A DNA stretch of 62,641 nucleotides, counting the filler, from Choristocarpus tenellus KU-1152 (lineage: Eukaryota; Protista; Phaeophyceae), in NCBI GenBank assembly GCA_964200185.2. It is 12 parts of 12 records of this genome, joined end to end, with 100 filler letters (N's around TTAATTAATTAA, not from the genome) between each part and the next. Parts side by side here need not be neighbours in the genome. Positions count along the whole stretch, not along the records: positions 48,874 to 54,096 come from CAXNAD020011448.1; positions 54,197 to 57,758 come from CAXNAD020019249.1; positions 57,859 to 62,641 come from CAXNAD020013075.1; 9 more parts are not named here. One strand, written 5' to 3'. Below, piece by piece: positions 52,144 through 62,641 of the stretch. The position numbers and the translations under genes are program-made. Every line of letters starts with the position of its first letter. The first letter of the stretch is position 1. Below the pieces are notes generated by a model. The model did no database searches, was not told the DNA's origin, and saw only the letters and a program-made list of their open reading frames with translations.

Positions 52144-52451
52144 TCTCCAGAGTATACATATACACATGTGTGCTTGTATGTACTAAGTACAAAGGTACAA
52201 GTAGTGAAAAGATGTTCACGCAGAAAATATTCCTTAGTCATGTTCTCCACACACTTGGGGATTAGGGTTAGCCCTAACCATAACCAAGAATGCCGGTGAG
52301 CCTGAGTAAATGACACATATTGGCATAGAGGTCCCTTGCTCATGCCCTGTCTAATATTTCACGGCGTTGACAAAGATTTGAGAATTTGAAAGAGCAGATG
52401 CCGGTGTCCTTTCGCATTCCATCTTGAGCTTGACTGATCTCAGACCAACCA

Positions 52452-52706
52452 GAGTCAAAGTATCTTAGAGGGTGGAGTCGCATCCATTTGGGGACCAAAA
52501 TCCAATGTTGCNNNNNNNNNNTATCATGGTTCTTAGGAGATGTCAATATCCTTGTTCTGGACACATCTTTTCATAACGTAGGCATTTTACCTACTCCGAA
52601 ATATTTTGGAGTAGGTAACTGTCATTAAAAACCCGTGGGAAACCAAGGCCCAAATGGACATTAGACAAACAGGGAAAAACTCGTACCCTCTAAGATACTT
52701 TCACTC
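52452..52706 (-). mobile_element. MITE family A, full copy containing a 10-N gap
   Basis: Both TIRs present; 4-bp TSD ACCA. Confidence 0.92.
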
Positions 52707-54339
52707 ACCACGCTCCTGCTCTCGGTGATAGAAAGGGTCAGGGTTAATAGAGAGTGGCCATAGTATAGTCCCTCTATCTACAATTCGATCGAAGAGGAAT
52801 AAAGACCTCAGAGAATGATCCTTGTCGAGCTGCTGCCGACCAGTCCAAGGGCTCTTTACCCGAGACGAACGATTGAGTGTTTACTCACCTCATAATGTTA
52901 ATGTGGCACCCAACAGGACTCGCACATTGGAGGGAGATGAGATTCGAATGACACATAGAATCCCAGAGAGAGGGATTCAGCGTCCATTGGGGGCCTGTGT
53001 GACCCTGTAGTGATTTCCATCCCATCTGAGTGAATATGTCAGGTGGAAGGGAGATTTTCTTCGTCTGAGCACACCTTCCTTTTCGATCCACCTACCGGCC
53101 TGAACCAAATATGAAGGAAAGTCAACCAAATTTGAAGGAAAGTCACCCCCAAAACAAGCATCGAGTTGAGGCATCTTACAACACCTCATCAAGCGCCAAA
53201 TGGACAACCTGGACTCCACGTCCCCCCCTCCGGAACACCATGTCCCAATACATGTCAAAGCATGTATTCTCAGCATAAACCTCTACTCCGTAGGTTGAGA
53301 GTTCTTCATATGGAGGAATGCTCGACAGTGGGTCTACTTTAGATACACTCTGGACTTGAGAGTCCACTATACATCAGCCTTGAGCTGGGCACACGTGTCC
53401 TCATTCCAGCCTGTAGCCACTGTAAAAAATCCTTATCCTTAGCCCACACCAACATACAATGCAGGCAGAGCTAACAATATATCTTTTTTTTTATGTGATC
53501 GAGATACTTTTTTTTTATTAGTTGAAGCAACCGAGACAGCAGGGGCATCCAGGTTTTTGGCCGTCCAGTTTTTTCGGTCTTATTTTTTATTCACACATAT
53601 TTATTATTATTATTTCTACGGATGAAGCACTATTTCGACTCGAGAGCATTTATTTGTCTATCGTTTTGAAAAGAAAATTCCGACAGAATCCAGAAAAAAA
53701 GTTCTATACGCATGAAAAAATAAATGTGTAAAAAAAAAGAAGATAATTTCTGTTGTACACTTGTCAGCATCCACAAAAAAAGAAAGAAGAGACACTCCAG
53801 CAGGGTACCCTCTCTGTTAAGAATATGCTTTTTATTCATGCGTAAAAATATTATTCTGTAAGAGAAACAATCAGTTGTTGGACTATTATTCCATAACGGG
53901 AGAATTGATAGGAACGTTTCTGTTGAGTGACCATGAGAATAAATATCCAGGTTATTATAGTACAACAAGAAGAATCCTAGAGGTAGAAGGTTGTAGCAAG
54001 TAACACAGAATGAGTGACGAGTTATTAGAACGTGGATGATAAGGTGACAAGGGTCCCACCCCCCCCCCACCCACCTTTGTGTCCGGGCTGTTAGATNNNN
54101 NNNNNNNNNNNNNNNNNNNNNNNNNNNNNNNNNNNNNNNNTTAATTAATTAANNNNNNNNNNNNNNNNNNNNNNNNNNNNNNNNNNNNNNNNNNNNATGG
54201 TCACAGTAGCAGCAATAGAGCTGGAGGTAGCGGTGGTTCAGCACTTTGCGGCATACTTAGATGGGGTGGTGTGAAGGACACTGTCATTGCAGAGAGTTTG
54301 CAGATGGAGACAAAATGGTGAAGCAAGCTGTGTTATCAT

Positions 54340-54900
54340 TACTGCAGGGACTGGCAAACCTCTTACCACCAGAGTCAACAACCATCAAACAGGTGTAAGC
54401 TTCACGTGAATGGCACTTCTGGAAAGGAGAAAAAGATGTAGAGATGAACGGCATGATTGACAATGGGGTGTGGGATCAAGTACTGGGCCCTAAAGACGAG
54501 CTCATGATGGGGAGCAAGATATTGTACAACAGAAAAATTGGAGAAGCCGGAGAAGTCCAATAGCCCAAGCGCAGACTGGTGGACCAGGAATTTCGACATG
54601 TGAAGGGATTACACTTTCAAGGAACATTTTAACCTATAACTTGTTCGCATAAGGAGATACTTTGAAGTATCTGACATTTGGTGAACCAAGGATCATGGTA
54701 GCTGCTCAGAGGAAATGCAAGGAGATTAATTGGTATTGATTAATGGTTGAACATTACTGCTATTGAGGTGCTATTTTAAAAAAAACTTTTGTTTTGGTAA
54801 TGGTACACATCAATGGGGAGGAGTGAATGAAGGTTTGGAGAGAAAGCTGTTGAAGAGCAAGTGAGAATGTTCATATTTGGTGCTCTACAGACGTTTAGGA
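54340..54900 (+). mobile_element. Ty1/Copia reverse transcriptase (RVT_2) relic
   Basis: PESTTIKQV*ASREWHFW...EMNGMIDNGVWDQVLGPKDELMMGSKILYNRKIGEAGEVQ*PKRRLVDQEFRHVKGLHFQGTF*P matches the Copia RT N-terminus, with stops. Confidence 0.8.
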
Positions 54901-55264
54901 TTAGAAACAGTATTGAACAAATGGATTTGCTCTACAGAAGACAATGGAAGCACCAGATACGTGGTGAATAAAGTAGGAGTTTCACATGAAACCCACAGGA
55001 AGGATTGAGATGTTCGGGACTTCTGGAAGTAGGGTTGTTCTATGAGTATGATTTTGTGGGATGTATCCTCACTTAACGGCCTCAGTTGGACCTCCTTCCT
55101 AATCACTTTATCTCTCAGGTTCCTTCTTCACCTGCTGAATCCCTGAAGGTGCACAGCCAGCCAAATCACCCACCCAAACCATAGAACTCTCAGTTTGCTG
55201 CATGACAAACCCAAGGGAGGTCGTGTCTCCTGAACCTGAAGGTGGTTTCAATGCTGTTACCTCT

Positions 55265-55415
55265 AACAGCCGATTTCAAAAATTGAGGATGGAGCTTTTC
55301 ATTGAGGATGGGCTTGACCCAAAATTGACTGGGATAAAGTGTCGATATGTATTTTATTTTATATATTTTCATCCTCAATGAAAAGCTCCATCCTCAATTT
55401 TTGAAATCGGCTGTT
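55265..55415. mobile_element. Unrelated MITE with perfect 46-bp TIRs
   Basis: 55265-55310 is the exact reverse complement of 55370-55415; 4-bp TSD CTCT. Confidence 0.85.
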
Positions 55416-55662
55416 CTCTGTAGAGAGCCTGGTTGTGTGATGACAGAGTAGTTGTAATAAGTGAGTCATCAACAATAGACACTGTGGACAATGCTCTAGG
55501 TTACTCGTCCACTGATGTGAGAGACAGTGTGGTTGGGTGACATTGAAACATCTCCGAACCACCCAGTTGTGAAATTGCTCCAATGAGTTCATTTTGTGGA
55601 GTGTCTCCATACATGTTGTAACAACAGACGATGAAGTCGTGAGAACATAACAAAGGTTCCAC

Positions 55663-55797
55663 GGGCTCGAAGTATCTGAGTATGGGGGGGGGATCTACAC
55701 CAGGGTGTCCATTTAGACCCTGACCAGGAGAAAGTGCACCTAAATTATCCATCCGTTACAAGGTACCGAATCTCCTAAAAATCGCGAGATGAAGAAA
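55663..55797 (-). mobile_element. MITE family B, diverged and truncated
   Basis: GGGCTCGAAGTATCTG...GATCTACACCAGGGTGTCCATTT...AAAATCGCGA. Confidence 0.75.
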
Positions 55798-56315
55798 TGT
55801 TTTCGTCCTTTCTTCTATTTCTTCGCCTCTTTCTCTTCTGGATATAGTACTGCCTAACGTACTTGTCTTACTTGGAACCATTTCTTAAGGGAGTGTGTGT
55901 ATTGGATTCTACTGTTTCAAACCATTTCCGAAACGGATTCGGCGTCTCTCCAACTAGAGATGAAGAATAATATAATAGAATATATATATTAAGTGGGGCG
56001 TTGTATGGACAAGAGACGTTATGGAGAAAGCAAGTAGTGTTGGTATGAGGTTGGGATGAATTGACAAAATACACAGAACATCTCTAAGAAAAGAGTCAGG
56101 CGTTACGTTGTTACTGATAATGGGAATACAACCGAACGTGGTAGGGTAATGGTAACGTTGGGGATTAATTTAGAGTATCTAAGGTAGAATAATAGTTGAT
56201 TATAAAAAAATATAGTTGTGATAGGAGTCCAAATTTGAAGTTTTCAATTTGGACGTGATATGGAGAACCACCCCATTAACTTACAACATTAGTAGCAGAG
56301 GTTTCTCTATGCCAG

Positions 56316-56831
56316 ATGAATGTGGCTCTAGTGCGAAGGGCTTCGGTGCCGAGCGTCCTCCGGGAACAGGGTGTGCTTGTTACCGATCCCACAGAGATCA
56401 ATTTGAAAGGTGTGGACAGAACCCGGTCCTTTGGTTCGTTGGGAGTTGAAGGACGGCAAAGTTGGGTGAAGGATACTGTCAAATGGTGGAAACTAGGCGA
56501 CTTCCATAGGAAGTTTAGGACAAGACGGTGGAGGGCGGTGGCTATGGTAGTAGGGGCGGGGTTGGTGTGGTTCATATGCATCGTATCTCTAGTGGGATCG
56601 CCATCTGATCAACCAGGTCGGAAATCCAACACGGTATCGACTGCAGTTGCCGTAGGTATACCGTCCAGCTCGTGGTCGGTGGACGGTGTAGACGTGCTGG
56701 GTTTGTCGCTGGCTGGCGAAGAGACTTGGCATGGAGGCGTGAATACCGTAACAACGGGACCACTTGCACCGGTAAACAGCACGCTTGTTCACGCGGATAT
56801 GCTTCTGGTCATCTTCTCGGGTAACTCCGAG
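56316..56831 (+). CDS. Exon 1 of a type II membrane protein, glycosyltransferase-like (possibly GT31)
   Basis: ATG-initiated 172 codons: cytosolic N-tail, basic patch, TM segment AVAMVVGAGLVWFICIVSLVG, S/T/P stem, then MLLVIFSGNSE and a GAG|GTGAGC donor. The GT31 call is inferred only from the LLV.I.S strand. Confidence 0.6.
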
Positions 56832-57496
56832 GTGAGCAATCATGAAAAAGGCGACCTGAGGGGGTGATGGTCTTAGAAATGTTTTTGGTCTGGAAGGGGT
56901 CATATGTGTACACTACATTCTGAAAGTTTAATGTCTGTGAGCTCTCGGCATGGATTAGGGTTCACTGTATCCCAGCAATAAATCTGGAGGGTAAGCATCT
57001 ACTGCTGCCTCGAAGAGGCATTTGTGAAGTCTCTATTCTGTTTTTTTTATGGCATTGTAGCGTGGCTGAGAAAACGAAAGCAGTTTCTTACTCAACTGCT
57101 ACACACCATCGTGATATCGGGATCATTTCGCGGACACTCTTGATGCCGACCCGTCAGAAAATCGAACAAACGCATTCAACTATCGGTCGGGATTATGTGC
57201 TCTCATCACGAGTTACCCAACTCATGTGTGAAGTCTCAACTCGTTCGGGTTGAGAGTTGTAGGGATTTTCACTTGTCCACCACAGGCAGGGTCCCAAAAG
57301 TAGAGTAAGATAGGAGGTCAGGGTTGGCTCGGCTATTGTAACTGTTGCTCACGCAGATTTCCGACCTGCCCCGGACCAGACAGTGTTGTGGACTGGGATC
57401 TGAACCCAGGGCCAACCTCATCCCTACATTGGACCAGTCACCATGTACTGAGAGGCACCGCAATCCCTAATCCTAACACTACTATGTTCTTTGCAT

Positions 57497-57758
57497 GAGT
57501 CAAAGTATCTTAGAGGGTAGAGTCGCGTCCATTTGGGGGCCAAAATCCAATGTTTCGATTTCGATGTAAACTTGGCCATCGTGTTTGTTAGGAAGTGTCA
57601 ATATCCTTGTTCCGATCACACCATTTCATAACGAATACGGAGTACATTTAACCTACTCCGAGATATTTTGGAGTAGAAAAATGTAATAAAACCACCGAAA
57701 GAAACCAAGCCCCAAATGGACAAACAGGGAAAAACTCGTACCCTCTAAGATACTTCAC
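57497..57758 (-). mobile_element. MITE family A, nearly full, ends at spacer
   Basis: GAGTCAAAGTATCTTAGAGGGTAG...TACCCTCTAAGATACTTCAC. Confidence 0.9.
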
Positions 57759-57858
57759 NNNNNNNNNNNNNNNNNNNNNNNNNNNNNNNNNNNNNNNNNN
57801 NNTTAATTAATTAANNNNNNNNNNNNNNNNNNNNNNNNNNNNNNNNNNNNNNNNNNNN

Positions 57859-58076
57859 GGTGGGGGGGGTGGGGGGGGGGTCTTCACCAAGCGTCCATTT
57901 GGACCAACACCAGGAAAAGTGCACTTTCATGATCCATCCGACATATGCAACCAAATCACCCAAAAATCGCGACATGAAAAATTTAGCTCCAAATGGACAG
58001 CCACCACCCCCCCAGGTACTTTGAGTCAGGGTCAAAAACGGACGCCGGCACCCCCCCCCCCCAGATACTTTGACCC
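57859..58076 (-). mobile_element. MITE family B, nearly full
   Basis: Reverse complement of 26363-26570, including both modules. Confidence 0.9.
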
Positions 58077-59255
58077 GGTTGGAAGTATAGGTTGCCGGTG
58101 ATGTGTTCTTTTGCGCTGGAATCCTGTACTAGATAGTATCCCCCATAGATTAATTAGAGGGTTATGGATCTGAATGTATTCTCCAAAAGGAGTATGCATT
58201 TACTAGAAGAGTCCTTGTTTCCCTGTCCAGGACATTGATAAGGCTGAGGAAGATGTCATAGAGATCACCAAGCTGCTTTTGACCTCCTAGGGCAGAAGCT
58301 CTCAATCTGGAGAGAGTGGTCAAGGAAAAGGATACATTACTGGATGTATACAAAACGGATTTGCAGGTGTGTTGCTCAAGTCACATGATGACTCATCAGC
58401 TATGTCTTGCGTTGTCTATTGCCCCCCTTCTTTAGAAACTCAATATGAGGATAGCAGAAGACAATACGCCTACGGCATGTGGTATACTTTATGGAGCTGA
58501 TGCCCAACCTTTGGTTCGTCATAGTTCTACAATTGAATAAAATATATTATCTCCATGCTGAAGAAAGCCACATGGTGGTACTGTTTGTGCCCTCAACTTA
58601 GCGTCCACACCTATGTGCTACTGATAATCATCTGAACTTTCTCCCCGTTGGATTGGCAGCGAGCAATTAAAGCATTTGAGGACATCAAACTTGTCTTCAG
58701 AAAGGAGTATGATGCTATCAAGGACCGCTGCACAGAGTTGAAAGCAATGCACACTGAAAAGGCAAAGGAGCTTCAGAGGGCTGAGCAATGCAAGATGGAA
58801 CTGATGGTGAGCTTGGTGGCATATCATTTAATCTTCAATTATCTAGATTATATTAGACATCCCCAGCTGACATTCTGCACTATTCTACAACATAACAACA
58901 TCCAGGACATTCGTTTGAGTAATGTGTTTCTATCGAGACAACAAGCGGAATAAAGTATGTGTCCTCTTGTTTCGTCTTGTACCAAACCACATACTACTGA
59001 AGTGTATGGTATAGGTACAACAATGTACTCTGAATGCCTTCTTTGCTTCTCTGCTTCTAGTAACAAGTGTATCCCTTCCCATCTCCACTCTTGTGGTGCT
59101 TTTAAGCTGAGGAGGCATACAAGACAATCATCTCATGTAAATGAACGACACAACACATTTGCAAACTCATCCAGTGACTCTTCCACTCCCCTCATCCCTC
59201 TCCATCTCCTACCTTCTTCTCTATCCTGTTTCCAGGAAGCGTTGGAAGATCGAAT

Positions 59256-59514
59256 GAGTCAAAGTATCTTAGAGGGTAGAGCCGCGTCCATTTGGGAACC
59301 AAAATCCAATGTTGCAATTTTGGTGTTATTTGGACTATCATGTTTGTCAGGAGATGTTAATATCCTTGTTCTGGACACTCCTTTTCATAACTTACACATT
59401 TTGCCCACTCCGAAACATTCTGGAGTAGATAAAATGTTGTTAAAAATCCGTGAGAAGTCAAGCCCCAAATGGACAAACAGGGTAAAACCCGTACCCTCTA
59501 AGATACTTTCACTC
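59256..59514 (-). mobile_element. MITE family A inside a putative exon
   Basis: Both TIRs present; flanks AAT/ATT (imperfect 3-bp TSD). Confidence 0.92.
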
Positions 59515-59910
59515 ATTCCCAGAGGTCTGTGGTCCCGAACTCCCCAGGTGAGTGTTGCCCCAAGGTCAATATCATCTCATAGATTGTACTTTGTCTGGTG
59601 CTGGGTTTTCTAGACCACTAAAATATCACTGTAAGCCCTAACATCATCTTGTTCCCCTGCCCACTGCCGTGTCGCACGTGCTTCCTGTTCCGTCTTTCCC
59701 CATGCTCATTATTGTCCGCCCTTTCAGGTCAAACGGTCTATACAACCTCTACCCACCAGGTTACAAGTCAAAGACACCACCCACCACTAACCGTAATAAT
59801 GGCGAGACCTTCACGGAGGGTGTGATTGCATGCCAAAACGCACCATTTTTCACAGGCAATACCGCCACAGCATCTGGGTTCATGTTCACTGCTGGGTCAT
59901 CTACACAGTC

Positions 59911-60170
59911 AAGCCAAAGTATCTTAGAGGGTAGAGCCGCATCCATTTGGGGGTCAAAATCCAATGTTGTAATTTCGATGTAATTTTGGCTATCATGTTT
60001 GTTAGGGAGTGTCAATATCCTTGTTCCGGACACACCTTTTCATGACGTATGCATTTTACCTACTCCGAAAATATTTTGGAGTGGGAAAATGTCATAAAAA
60101 ACCCCGAGGGAAGCCAAGCCCCAAATGGACAAACAGGACAAAACTCGTACCCTCTAAGATACTTTCACTC
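59911..60170 (-). mobile_element. MITE family A inside a putative terminal exon
   Basis: AAGCCAAAGTATCTTAGAGGG...GATACTTTCACTC; 4-bp TSD AGTC. Confidence 0.92.
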
Positions 60171-61635
60171 AGTCCACCTTTCCCACAACAAGGTCCAACA
60201 TGGCATCTTCCGACTACAATTTTGATTTTGGGGTTTCCGAATCCAAAAACTCAGAATTAATTCTCCACAGCCAAGGCTACTGAGTCCGTTTTCACCTTCA
60301 ATTTTGAGGTGCCCAATTCCACCATGAAGAACCCCTTCCTCAATGTGGGCAAGGCTCCTTCCGCGTTTGATTTGGACTGAAGTGTCAGTGAGCACAAAGC
60401 AGAGGACCACCCCCTTTATGATGAATAAGCCAGCTGCAGCTGAATTGGTTTAGGTGTTGTACAGGAATGAGTGCTGGGTGTCTCTCAGCCTGCCCCTCCA
60501 GCTTGTAATGATTGATTCTGGTTTCCTACACTTCCACACCACATGGAACCTGCCTACACTACTACCAATACTTTGCCGTTGAATTCCATACGTATATATT
60601 TGATGGAATGAGTTGTTTGTGTTGGTAGCCTATGAGATTAGGGCGTGTTGAAGGGGTCGTTCTTGCAAGGAAAAAGTAGTGAAGAGAGTTCTACAGGTGG
60701 TTTGGGTTTGGAGATTGTGCGTCATTTCCTCTTGGGGTGGTGTTTGGAGTCAGAGCACGTACCAAGACTTGTGAATGGAAAAGATATATGCATGTCGATG
60801 TGTATCTGGGGCAAGAGTTGTACAGCAAAAGTACACCACAATGTTTTGGCGTCAAATTGAAGTATGTTAACAAGTATGTACGTTACTTACTCTATGTTAG
60901 GATATGAATGGTTATTGCTCAGTTGGTGGCAATTGGGAGAAAGAAGGGAATGTATTGCACCAGCGGGCTCTGTTTGCAATGGTCTCTTGTTTGTGAACAA
61001 GGACTGTTTGTTCTCTTTGATATTATTGGTTGGCAGTAACCTGTGGGTTTGACTGGGTGAGGTGAATGGTGTGTTTCTGTTGTTGTATAAAAGTGGTGGG
61101 TGCAACTGCTGTATGTACTTCTAAATGATTTATCCTTTGTCTCATGGGTAGCACAAGGTCCTCATGGAGGAATATCGTCATTCTTGGTGGAGGATATTTC
61201 ATTCTGCTCTATGATGCGAAAGGTGCTTGTGATGTCACAGAAGTGAGCTGGATGACTGTTACCACAAATCACATAGCTAGGCTTGGTAGGAGCTTAAATC
61301 GTCTCATATGACTCTTGAATACTGTTGACAGTACTTGAATTGAATTGTGTCATTGTTGGTAAATGTCTTGTGTGTCGTGCTTGAGTCAGGCAAACGGAGT
61401 GTGATTTGGCTGCAGCCTACTTGACTGTTTGATGCGTGCTGCTGCCTGTGCACAACACACTGCTGGCCTACATCACAACTCTACCTATTTGCGTCATCAT
61501 CGGCACAGCAATGGACTATCCGTTGACATCGGTTAAGGTAGAATTTGAAGCAATGGCCCATTTGTCATATTGGTCTTGTTGTTGAGTCAGTCTCGTGGGT
61601 GACCTGAAGATATTCTGGCTTGAAGGTACACACTC

Positions 61636-61687
61636 ACCCCTGGTCAAAAACGGACGCCGGCACCCCCCCCCCCAGATATTTTGAGCC
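61636..61687 (-). mobile_element. Solo outer module of family B (~50 bp)
   Basis: GGTCAAAAACGGACGCCGGCACCCCCCCCCCCAGATATTTTGAGCC; candidate TSD ACTC (61632-35 and 61688-91). Confidence 0.75.
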
Positions 61688-62527
61688 ACTCATTGAGTAT
61701 GTCCTTAGGGAGTGGAACTACTTTCACAGTTGAACTGAGCGTGTTGAAGTGTGTCTCCATGTTTGGGTTCATTGCCAAAGAGAGGCATTGTGTACTCACA
61801 CGGGTTTTGTTAGCAGCAGCATCTGCTCTCCTCACGGAGTTTTGTTTTGATTTATTGTTGTTGTTTGGTTGTGTGCTCCGCCATGTATGTTGTGCACCCC
61901 ATCACCGCTGTAGACTAAATATATATTTATGTGAGGATTAGTATCGTATAGCTGCTCCTCTGCCTAGAATTAGATGGAACAGGCAGTGTGCATTGTCCAT
62001 CTATTGCCGTGCATGCTCCCTTTGGGTAATACTCGTACCTATATGAGCAGAACGGCCTCAAAACTACATAGAACTTCGATATTCTGACTTTTAACATAAT
62101 CCTTGTGATAATATACAAAGTATATCTTGCATACTCGAAGGAGAAAATATGGTACACATCGTCGTGTTCAGATCGAATATCCTCTATACACCATTAAATT
62201 TTTCGTCTTTAGCACATGGATTGGCGACTGGATTGATCTCAGCGTTTGGTCATTGTTATACTATTAGCAGACATCAACCACGCTGTACCAGGGCTGGTCA
62301 CGGTACTATTAATTATTACTGCGGCACTCATGAGTATCGGTATTTGTTCGATTTTTTTCTGTCGTGTGATATACCGCAGGAGGTTATCCACTGTAATCAC
62401 TAACGTACAGTAGACAAAGATATTTCATATTTATGACAAGTGTTACTTTTACAGTAGTTCTTGTGACATTGAATTGGCTTCACCCTGACAAATGTACAAA
62501 ATGTCAGACAGAATAATAATATACGTA

Positions 62528-62596
62528 GACCCAAAGTATCTGGGGGTGGGGGGGGGTCTTCACCAAAGCGTCCATTTGGACCAACACCAGGAAAAG
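62528..62596 (-). mobile_element. MITE family B end
   Basis: GACCCAAAGTATCTGGGGG...GCGTCCATTTGGACCAACACCAGGAAAA. Confidence 0.85.
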
Positions 62597-62641
62597 GAGC
62601 CAGAGTATCTTAGAGGGTAGAGCCGCGTCCATTTGGGGGTC
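62597..62641 (-). mobile_element. MITE family A end, apparently inserted in a family B copy
   Basis: GAGCCAGAGTATCTTAGAGGGTAGAGCCGCG directly after family B sequence CCAGGAAAAG. Confidence 0.8.

Larger units (their letters stand above)
58231..60283 (+). pseudogene. Coiled-coil protein gene or pseudogene with MITE-A insertions in two putative exons
   Basis: Putative exons 58231 (or 58291)-58366, 58660-58806, 59236-59547 and 59728-60283 with good splice sites (ATG|GTGAGC; long poly-Y CAG|GAA; AG|GTGAGT). Heptad-like RAEALNLERVVKEKD and RAIKAFEDIKLVFRKEY. Removing the MITEs and one TSD each restores one frame to TGA 60283. There is a possible frameshift at ~58288. Confidence 0.5.

Noticed and set aside
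7073-57858. Recurring TTAATTAATTAA as a biological repeat or CRISPR-like array
   Set aside because: It is always centred in 44+44 Ns and is a six-frame-stop assembly linker. Gene neighbourhoods across it are not meaningful.
58957-59613. 218-aa ORF reading through MITE-A as a gene or clean exonisation
   Set aside because: It starts in intron-like sequence. The unspliced frame would hit TAA 20 codons into the next exon (59788).

Overview
This is intron-rich eukaryotic nuclear DNA, not a prokaryotic locus. It is most likely from an ochrophyte (brown alga or close relative). That inference rests on a bipartite ASAFAP-like plastid leader, spliceosomal GT-AG/GC-AG introns and CRE/mariner/Copia relics of the kind seen in that group. 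The window is not one continuous locus: it holds 12 short segments joined by 11 artificial 100-bp spacers (N44-TTAATTAATTAA-N44). Genes built by hand with phase-consistent introns: (1) a complete 10-exon, 598-aa ionotropic glutamate receptor-like channel with no ATD and a TYTAELTS gate; (2) a 3'-truncated, probably plastid-targeted NOG1/Obg-family GTPase; (3) a 3'-incomplete Cys-rich multi-pass surface receptor-like protein; (4) a type I membrane protein with a DxxGDGWN module; (5) exon 1 of a type II membrane, glycosyltransferase-like protein; (6) a coiled-coil gene or pseudogene with MITEs in two putative exons. The non-coding space is dominated by a GRG-ended MITE system: family A (~255 bp, 14 full or partial copies), family B (~225 bp) and shorter modules. 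They share a CAAAGTATCT TIR core and a GTCCRTTT subterminal box, mostly make 4-bp TSDs (Sola2-like) and nest inside each other. A decayed Sola2-like transposase C-terminus lies nearby. The most interesting hypothesis is that the TIRs carry splice signals in frame-preserving register, so the MITEs could act as introners. This is untested without RNA-seq. Also present: CRE-clade LINE 3' ends, Copia and mariner relics, a perfect 46-bp-TIR MITE and a tRNA-like SINE head.
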